Part shown: in pieces, positions 56,585-62,618 of the stretch
How the letters are laid out: every line of letters starts with the position of its first letter
How positions within the stretch are numbered: position 1 is the stretch's first letter
Assembly (NCBI GenBank): GCA_016198125.1
Contig: JACQJG010000013.1
Coordinates: 1 to 62,618 of the forward strand
Length of the DNA: 62,618 bases
Direction of reading: 5' to 3'
DNA from: Candidatus Iainarchaeum sp.
GTDB lineage: Archaea; Iainarchaeota; Iainarchaeia; Iainarchaeales; VGJJ01
Position numbers and translations under genes: made by a program
The notes under the pieces: generated by a model
Seen by the model: only the letters and a program-made list of their open reading frames with translations
Told to the model about the DNA's origin: nothing
Database searches by the model: none

Positions 56585-57037
56585 ATGCCAATGAACTGTA
56601 TATTCTGCGACAAGAAACTGGAAGACCATTTAATCAAAAAGTACGCACACTGGAACGTGTACTTGAGCGAAAATCAAAGCTATTTTTGCGATTGCGTAGT
56701 GGCCCTGAACAGGCATGGCGTGGACAGGCTGTACCAATTGCAGGAACCCGAACGAAAAGAATTCTTTGAAGTCATGGAAAAATTAACGCTTGCCATTGAA
56801 AGCCATTTCATTCCGGACATTTTCAATGCATTCATTCTGGGAAACAGGGACCGAAACCACCTGCACCTGCACTTGATTCCAAGGTATGGAAGGGAAATTG
56901 AATTTGAAGGGGAAGCGTTTGAAGACCTGGACACCACCCAGCCCGTGCAATTTCCAAAGCCTAAACGGGAAACGCCCATTGAGTGGAAGAAAAAACTCAT
57001 TGCCCTGTTAAAAAAAGAATTGGACGCACAAGGATAA
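56585..57037 (+). CDS. HIT-like nucleotide hydrolase/transferase
   Basis: CIFCDK... and HLHLHLIPRY provide the histidine triad. The start is at the internal ATG because the track extension overlaps rnhB. Confidence 0.65.
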   Translation: MPMNCIFCDKKLEDHLIKKYAHWNVYLSENQSYFCDCVVALNRHGVDRLYQLQEPERKEFFEVMEKLTLAIESHFIPDIFNAFILGNRDRNHLHLHLIPRYGREIEFEGEAFEDLDTTQPVQFPKPKRETPIEWKKKLIALLKKELDAQG

Positions 57038-57053
57038 AAGGAAGTGGAAACGC

Positions 57054-57719
57054 TCATCCATTCTCTTTTCTAGAATCATCTACCTGATCGATGGGCGTGA
57101 GCTTCAAGGGTTTCTCCCCAAAGTACTGCACGAATTTCTGCGTGGTGCGCACCACAAAGCTTCGCCCCTTGGGCGCCTTGGAAACAAAACCCTTTTCCTC
57201 CAACACCTTCAAATGGTCGTATGCTTTATTGGAGCGCACTTTCACAAGCGTGCTTTGAAGGACGGGCTGTTTATACGCAATGAACGCCAATGTCTTCATG
57301 ATTCCTTTTCCAAACTCGCTTTCTGCGGCCAGGTGGGATACGTGCTCTCCAAAGTGCGGCCGCACACGCATGCGATAACCTCCTGCGTCTTCAATGATTT
57401 CAAGCGCAGAGTCGCGCCCATTGAACGCGTCTATCAAAGCATTCAATGCCGTGCGCGTTCCCTGTACGCCCAGCGTTGAAAGTTTGAGAAAGTCTTCAAA
57501 CGACAGGGGATTGGCAGACATGAAAAGCGCGGCCTCCAAGACCCGCATGGCATGATTTTGGGCTTCTGAAAAAGATTCCTTTTCCTCTTCGCGCGACTCC
57601 TGCACTTCTTCCCTCAAAAAGCCCACGTCTTCGGGTTTTATTTCAAGGGCCTCTGCGTGAATGTGGGGATTGGCAGGCTTTTTTTTCCAAAACAGCTTTT
57701 TTAAGAACCCCACCGGCAT
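57054..57719 (-). CDS. scpB: Segregation and condensation protein B
   Basis: VLEAALFMSANPLSFEDF... gives two wHTH repeats, followed by LAFIAYKQPVLQSTLVKVRSNKAYDHLKVLEEKGFV. Confidence 0.8.
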   Translation of the reverse strand: MPVGFLKKLFWKKKPANPHIHAEALEIKPEDVGFLREEVQESREEEKESFSEAQNHAMRVLEAALFMSANPLSFEDFLKLSTLGVQGTRTALNALIDAFNGRDSALEIIEDAGGYRMRVRPHFGEHVSHLAAESEFGKGIMKTLAFIAYKQPVLQSTLVKVRSNKAYDHLKVLEEKGFVSKAPKGRSFVVRTTQKFVQYFGEKPLKLTPIDQVDDSRKENG

Positions 57720-57774
57720 TAAAAGAACCTCTCCATTAACAAAAAGGGGCGTTTATTAAAACTTAACGCGGCAG

Positions 57775-58533
57775 TCAGCCCAATGAAAGCAAGGCCACCA
57801 TGACCCCTATTCCCAGGAGAACGGCCAGTATTTGAAAGGCTGACTCTATGGGCTGGGTTTGCTTGTGCAATTCAGGGATAAGGTCTGCGCCTGCAATGTA
57901 AATGAAGTTTCCAGCCGCAAAAGGCACCAAGAAAAAAGACACGGATGCAGACACGCTGCCCAAGAACAGTCCCATTAGCGCTCCCACCACTGCGGTGAGG
58001 GCAGTTAAAAAATTGAACGTCAAGGCTTTCCTGGAAGTAAAGCCTCCATGAAGGAGCACGCCAAAGTCCCCGATTTCCTGCGGGATCTCGTGAAATACAA
58101 CCGCAAGCGTGGTTGCCACTCCCAAGGGAAATGAAACCAGGTAACTTGCGGCAATGATAAGGCCGTCAATAAAATTGTGCACGGCATCCCCGTACAAGTT
58201 CAACAGCGCAAAGGGATGCGCATGGTTTTTTGAAGGCAGAACATGGCAGTGCTGCCAGTGAATGAATTTTTCGATGACAAAAGACACCAATATTCCAGAA
58301 AGCACGTACAAAGACACTTCCAGGCCAAACCCTTGCGTTTCAACACTCTCAGGCAAGAGGTGAATAAAGGCGTCCCCCAAAAGACTGCCGGTTGAAAAAC
58401 TTACCAGGTACAGCAGAATTCTGTGCAGCCGCGCCTGGTTTAAGTACAATGCAAACGCACCCACAAAGGAAATAAGGCTCACAATTACAACGCTTGCAAG
58501 GGTAAAAGTCCAGGCATCCAACATGGTATGCAC
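57775..58533 (-). CDS. ZIP-family metal transporter
   Basis: About 8 TM segments. GDAFIHLLPE and HEIPQEIGDF are ZIP signatures. Confidence 0.85.
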   Translation of the reverse strand: MHTMLDAWTFTLASVVIVSLISFVGAFALYLNQARLHRILLYLVSFSTGSLLGDAFIHLLPESVETQGFGLEVSLYVLSGILVSFVIEKFIHWQHCHVLPSKNHAHPFALLNLYGDAVHNFIDGLIIAASYLVSFPLGVATTLAVVFHEIPQEIGDFGVLLHGGFTSRKALTFNFLTALTAVVGALMGLFLGSVSASVSFFLVPFAAGNFIYIAGADLIPELHKQTQPIESAFQILAVLLGIGVMVALLSLG

Positions 58534-58554
58534 TCCTCATTCAGCCAAGGGTTT

Positions 58555-60078
58555 TTATTTCCATGCCGCATGCACTGCAAAATCCACTAAAAGGCGCACG
58601 CCCACCCCAGTACCTCCCTTTGGTATATAGGCTTGGGGAGTTTGAAGGAACGCAGGACCTGCAATGTCCACGTGCACCCAGGAAGTATCACCGACAAACG
58701 CGCCCAAGAATGCAGAGGCCGTGAGCATGCCTGCCATTTTTGAATTCCCCATGTTCTTCAAATCCGCGTAATCGCTCTTAATGTCATCCGCATACTCCTG
58801 ATACAAGGGCAACTCCCACACACGCTCAAACGTGCGCTGGCCTGATTCAAATACTTGGCGCGCATAAAAAGAGTCATTGGAAGCCAAACCGCTTACCCAC
58901 GGGCCAAAAGTATTGACGCAACTTCCTGTAAGCGTGGCCAAATCCACTATAAGCGAAGGCTTGAGGTGGGCCACTGTATACGCAAGCGCGTCCCCCAACA
59001 CCAGCCGGCCTTCTGCATCCGTATTCCCAATTTCAACGGTTTTGCGTGCAAAAGAATCAATAACATCGCCAGGCTTGTAAGACTTGGCGTCAATGATGTT
59101 CTCGCACACTGGAATTACTGCCACTGCATTCACCTTGGCTTTCAACTCGGCCAATGCATTCAACGCGCACACGCAAGATGCGGCGCCTGCCATGTCTGAT
59201 TTCATGGCCTCAATGCCAAAACCAGGCGGGGTTGCAGGGGAAGCCACCTTCAAATTCAATCCGCCTGAGTCAAACGTAATTCCCTTGCCTACAAATGCCA
59301 TGCGCTTTGAACTTTTTGGATTGCCCTTGTACTCCAAAATAATAAGGCGCGGAGGCACTTGCGCAGCCTTTGCAACCGCTAAAATCATGTGAAAGCCCAT
59401 GCGCTTCAACTGCTTTTCGTTGAACACCGTGCAGCGCAGTTTGTTCTTTTGCGCCAAGCCGCGCGCCTGCTTTTCAAAGAACAGGGAATTGGCCACATCT
59501 GCGTTCTCGTTCACCCAATCCCGGGCCCTGCACACGTTCTCGCAAACAATTCCGGTTTCATGCAGAACGGTTTCAAGCGCATGCACAGACAACTTTCTAT
59601 TAGCATCCAAAAATCCAAAATAGGCCTGGCCGACACCCACATAACGGTCTTTTCCTGCGCGCTTGTACTTTGTAAACAAATAATTTCCAAGGTACACGCC
59701 TTCTCCTGCGGCTTTCAACGAATCTTCCATTGAAATTGCTTTGGAATTAAGGTCCGGCAGTGCGCATGAAATAGTGGATTGTTTTAACTCTCTGGCTTTT
59801 TTCACGCCCGCATCAAATGCCCTTCGAACGCGCTCTGCGTCCACGTCTTTTTCTGCGCCCAGCCCCACTGCAAACACACGTGTACAGGGCCCCTCAAGGG
59901 GGTACACGAGCGTGGCCGCGCCGGCTTCGCCTGAAAAATCATGCAACTCCACTTGAATGCTGCTCCCCTCAAGGTGAAACGGTTTTTCTTTATGCGCGCC
60001 TGCCTGCTCTTGAGTCAGAGGCACGATCAGGAACCCGCTTTCCTTTGAAAGAATATGGGAATCAAAGTAAAGGTTCAC
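58555..60078 (-). CDS. pepA: Leucyl aminopeptidase (M17)
   Basis: VGKGITFDSGGLNLK, MKSDMAGAA and the NTDAEGRLVLGDAL signature. Confidence 0.93.
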   Translation of the reverse strand: MNLYFDSHILSKESGFLIVPLTQEQAGAHKEKPFHLEGSSIQVELHDFSGEAGAATLVYPLEGPCTRVFAVGLGAEKDVDAERVRRAFDAGVKKARELKQSTISCALPDLNSKAISMEDSLKAAGEGVYLGNYLFTKYKRAGKDRYVGVGQAYFGFLDANRKLSVHALETVLHETGIVCENVCRARDWVNENADVANSLFFEKQARGLAQKNKLRCTVFNEKQLKRMGFHMILAVAKAAQVPPRLIILEYKGNPKSSKRMAFVGKGITFDSGGLNLKVASPATPPGFGIEAMKSDMAGAASCVCALNALAELKAKVNAVAVIPVCENIIDAKSYKPGDVIDSFARKTVEIGNTDAEGRLVLGDALAYTVAHLKPSLIVDLATLTGSCVNTFGPWVSGLASNDSFYARQVFESGQRTFERVWELPLYQEYADDIKSDYADLKNMGNSKMAGMLTASAFLGAFVGDTSWVHVDIAGPAFLQTPQAYIPKGGTGVGVRLLVDFAVHAAWK

Positions 60079-60575
60079 GGTTGCACCTCCTTAAGCGCAG
60101 CCAGCACTTCAAGCGCATGCCCCTCGGGTTTTACTTTTTCAAATACACGTGCAATGCGCCCGCGGGTGTCAATAATGAACGTAGTGCGCAGCACTCCAAA
60201 ATACTTTCGCCCATACATGGATTTTTCCCCCCACGCTCCAAATGCCTTGCACAATGCAAGGTCTTTGTCCACAAGTAACGGAAACGTAAGGTCATGCTTT
60301 TCAGAAAATTTCTTGTGAGAATCTGCAGAATCAGGGCTTACCCCCAACACCACGGCCCCTGACTCCAAGATTTGTGCGTGCGCGTCCCGAAACGCGCACG
60401 CTTCCACGGTACAACCCGAAGTCATGTCCTTGGGGTAAAAGTATAATACAATTTTTCTTCCCTTGAAATTCTGCAAGCCCACATTGTTTCCCTGCGTGTC
60501 TTTTGCGTTAAACAAAGGGGTCTTTTCTCCCGCTTTTGGAATTCCTGTAGAGGTCATGCCCACACCCATTCGCAC
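60075..60575 (-). CDS. bcp: Peroxiredoxin, Bcp type
   Basis: VLYFYPKDMTSGCTVEACAFRD. The 4-nt overlap with pepA suggests co-transcription. Confidence 0.9.
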   Translation of the reverse strand: MRMGVGMTSTGIPKAGEKTPLFNAKDTQGNNVGLQNFKGRKIVLYFYPKDMTSGCTVEACAFRDAHAQILESGAVVLGVSPDSADSHKKFSEKHDLTFPLLVDKDLALCKAFGAWGEKSMYGRKYFGVLRTTFIIDTRGRIARVFEKVKPEGHALEVLAALKEVQP

Positions 60576-60636
60576 TGCAACCCATGATTACGAAAAACCA
60601 TAAAGACCTTAAAACAGTGCCTTCCACACCTCATTT

Positions 60637-62343
60637 ATGAACGAATCAACTTCCATTCGGTGGCAGGAATGGACTCCCAAGGCTTTTGCGCAAAGCAAGT
60701 CCAGCGGCAAGCCCATCCTCTTGGATTTGACTGCGGTATGGTGCCATTGGTGCCACCGCATGGACCAGGACAATTACGAACGATTGGATATCATACGACT
60801 TGTCAATGAACACTTTATCCCTGTACGCGTGGATGTGGACAAGCACCCTGAAATTGCAAACCGATACCATTTCGGGGGTTTTCCAACTACCGCGTTCCTG
60901 GATTCAAATGGAAACATTGTAACCGGCGCTACCTATGTCCCCCCCGGCCAGTTTGAGGCACTCCTCCACCATGTGAAGTCCATTTACCGGCCGCCTCCTG
61001 CAAAGACTGACTCGAAAGAAGAACAACTGGGTTTTCAGGCCCCGCCCGAAGAACTTTCCATGGAAGGAACAGGCCATGCATTGAACGCGCTTAAATCCCA
61101 ATTCGACCATGCGCATGGCGGATTCGGCTTTGCTCCCAAATTTCCACTGCCAGACGCCATGGACCTGTTATTGCTTGAATACGTGCGCACGAAAGACCCT
61201 GTACTGCTGGGAATGGCCGTGCAAACACTTAACGCCATGCGCACACTCCAAGACCCTGTTGAAAAAGGGTTTTACAGGTACGCCACTCAAGCGGACTGGA
61301 CCGAACCCCACTATGAAAAAATGACTGAAACCCATGCAGGCTTAATCCTTGCGTACACCCACGCCTTTGCGCTTACCCAAAACCCTGCATTCAGGCAAAC
61401 CGTACAAGACACTTTAATGTATGTTCAGGCCCATTTGCAGAGTCCTGATGGATGGTTTTACGCAAGCCAGGATGCGGATGAAGAATATTATTCGTTGAAC
61501 GAACTGCAACGAACCCAACGCAAAGCCCCTCATGTAGACCCAACATTTTTCACCCACTTGAACGGAATGATGACCTGTGCCTTCCTGGAAGCTGGAACGT
61601 ACTTGGGCGAAAAAAAATGGATTGAATCCGGGCTGCGTGCGTTGGAATACACGTTAACACACGCATGGAAAAAAAGACAAGGGCTTGCCCATTTCCTTGA
61701 AAATAATACGCGCGCAAAACCTGCATTGCTCGCAGACTATGCATGGGCCCTCCGCGCGGTTTTGAGTGCATGCGAGTACGCACGCAAAACAGAGTACGTA
61801 AAACACGCCATACAATTGTTCAAGGAATGCACGCACTTGTTGTACGACCCGCACAAAAAAGTATTTTATGACGTTGCACCATCCAAAAACGCCCTTGGGC
61901 TGGTGGCCAGGCGTGAAACTCCTTTAAACGAGAACAGTTTAATGGCATTGAATGCATTAAAACTTCATGCGTTTACCGGCGAAGAAAAATACGCTACCCT
62001 TGCCCAACACGTGCTAAAAGCCACGGCTTTTCAGGCACAGGATGCAGGTTATTTGGGGGCCTTGCACGCGACTGCATGCAAGGGTGTATTAAACCCCATG
62101 GGAGTGTGCATTATTGGGCACCCCAATCAGGAATTTAATGATTTGTGGCACACCGCCATTACTCCCTGGGACCCGCGAAAAACGATCGTGGCACTGGATG
62201 CGCAAGCCCAAAAAGGGATCATTCAACGCAAAGGATTCATTGCAACCCAGTTGCCTGCCGGCTTTGTGTGCCTGGGCACGAGATGCCTGCCCCCGGCCTT
62301 TACTTCACTAGAACTAGAAAAAAGAATGCAGGAGCGCGCGTAA
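60637..62343 (+). CDS. Thioredoxin-domain protein, DUF255/YyaL family
   Basis: KPILLDLTAVWCHWCHRMD..., then FGGFPTTAF, then a long alpha/alpha-toroid-like C-terminal region. Confidence 0.85.
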   Translation: MNESTSIRWQEWTPKAFAQSKSSGKPILLDLTAVWCHWCHRMDQDNYERLDIIRLVNEHFIPVRVDVDKHPEIANRYHFGGFPTTAFLDSNGNIVTGATYVPPGQFEALLHHVKSIYRPPPAKTDSKEEQLGFQAPPEELSMEGTGHALNALKSQFDHAHGGFGFAPKFPLPDAMDLLLLEYVRTKDPVLLGMAVQTLNAMRTLQDPVEKGFYRYATQADWTEPHYEKMTETHAGLILAYTHAFALTQNPAFRQTVQDTLMYVQAHLQSPDGWFYASQDADEEYYSLNELQRTQRKAPHVDPTFFTHLNGMMTCAFLEAGTYLGEKKWIESGLRALEYTLTHAWKKRQGLAHFLENNTRAKPALLADYAWALRAVLSACEYARKTEYVKHAIQLFKECTHLLYDPHKKVFYDVAPSKNALGLVARRETPLNENSLMALNALKLHAFTGEEKYATLAQHVLKATAFQAQDAGYLGALHATACKGVLNPMGVCIIGHPNQEFNDLWHTAITPWDPRKTIVALDAQAQKGIIQRKGFIATQLPAGFVCLGTRCLPPAFTSLELEKRMQERA

Positions 62344-62381
62344 AAAAAAAAAAGGCGCGCATGAAAAGGATTCAAAACGAT

Positions 62382-62618
62382 TCAACCCATGCTCACCAAT
62401 ATAACGCTCATGACCAGGAGCGCAAGCAAATGGTATCCATTAGCAAGCAACCACCAATTCCAGGACTTGCCTTCCCAGGCCACGCCTCCGGCAGTGAGCG
62501 TTGCCACAAAGCCCAGCCACACCCAAAACGCGCCTTGAAGGCCGTCCACCACACTGGTAGCACCTGAATATTTTAGGATGTGGGCAAACACGTAGGCCAT
62601 GAGGAGCGCGCCCACCAA
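62382..62618 (-). CDS. DUF1761-like membrane protein (partial, N-terminus beyond the window end)
   Basis: The hydrophobic C-terminal fragment reads ...GFVATLTAGGVAWEGKSWNWWLLANGYHLLALLVMSVIL. The ORF is open to the window edge. Confidence 0.4.
   Translation of the reverse strand: MVGALLMAYVFAHILKYSGATSVVDGLQGAFWVWLGFVATLTAGGVAWEGKSWNWWLLANGYHLLALLVMSVILVSMG

Overview
This is an archaeal chromosomal fragment. The evidence is a 16S 5' end ATTCCAGCTGATCC, a 16S-tRNAAla-23S operon, and genes for a histone, TFB, FEN1, Hef, FtsZ, an AglB-like protein, Cgi121 and S8e. The compact, overlapping genes and many lineage-specific basic proteins suggest a DPANN-like lineage, but that placement is inference.

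Main content:
- A partial rRNA operon on the minus strand, including an intron-containing tRNA-Ala.
- Four further tRNAs (Glu, Asn, Ser, Leu) and an SRP RNA.
- About 65 protein genes, mostly housekeeping: PyrG, TyrRS, CysRS, RNase HII, ScpB, PepA, Bcp, Pcm, a DGGGP-synthase-like UbiA, an M50 protease, and APC, MFS and ZIP transporters.
- Several AT-rich accessory islets set in a roughly 50% GC core.

The most interesting locus is a 2.2-kb cassette at 16218-18470, immediately 3' of tRNA-Glu. It is bracketed by a 16-bp direct repeat of the tRNA 3' end and has no integrase. It carries a 413-aa TIR-domain protein, a VapB/PIN pair behind a palindromic operator, and a possible 45-aa two-TM peptide. 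I read it as a candidate NAD-targeting/RNase defence module in an archaeon.

Other notable items:
- A sigma-70/ECF-like protein.
- A free-standing ThrRS editing domain that heads a tightly coupled operon containing an unknown 432-aa protein.
- A eukaryote-type NT5C3 nucleotidase.
- An intact IS1595 copy with an 8-bp target duplication at the pyrG promoter.
- A start-less RelE remnant beside an intact antitoxin.
- A LysW-like zinc-ribbon protein.

All calls come from reading the sequence and ORF translations. No database search or folding was run.
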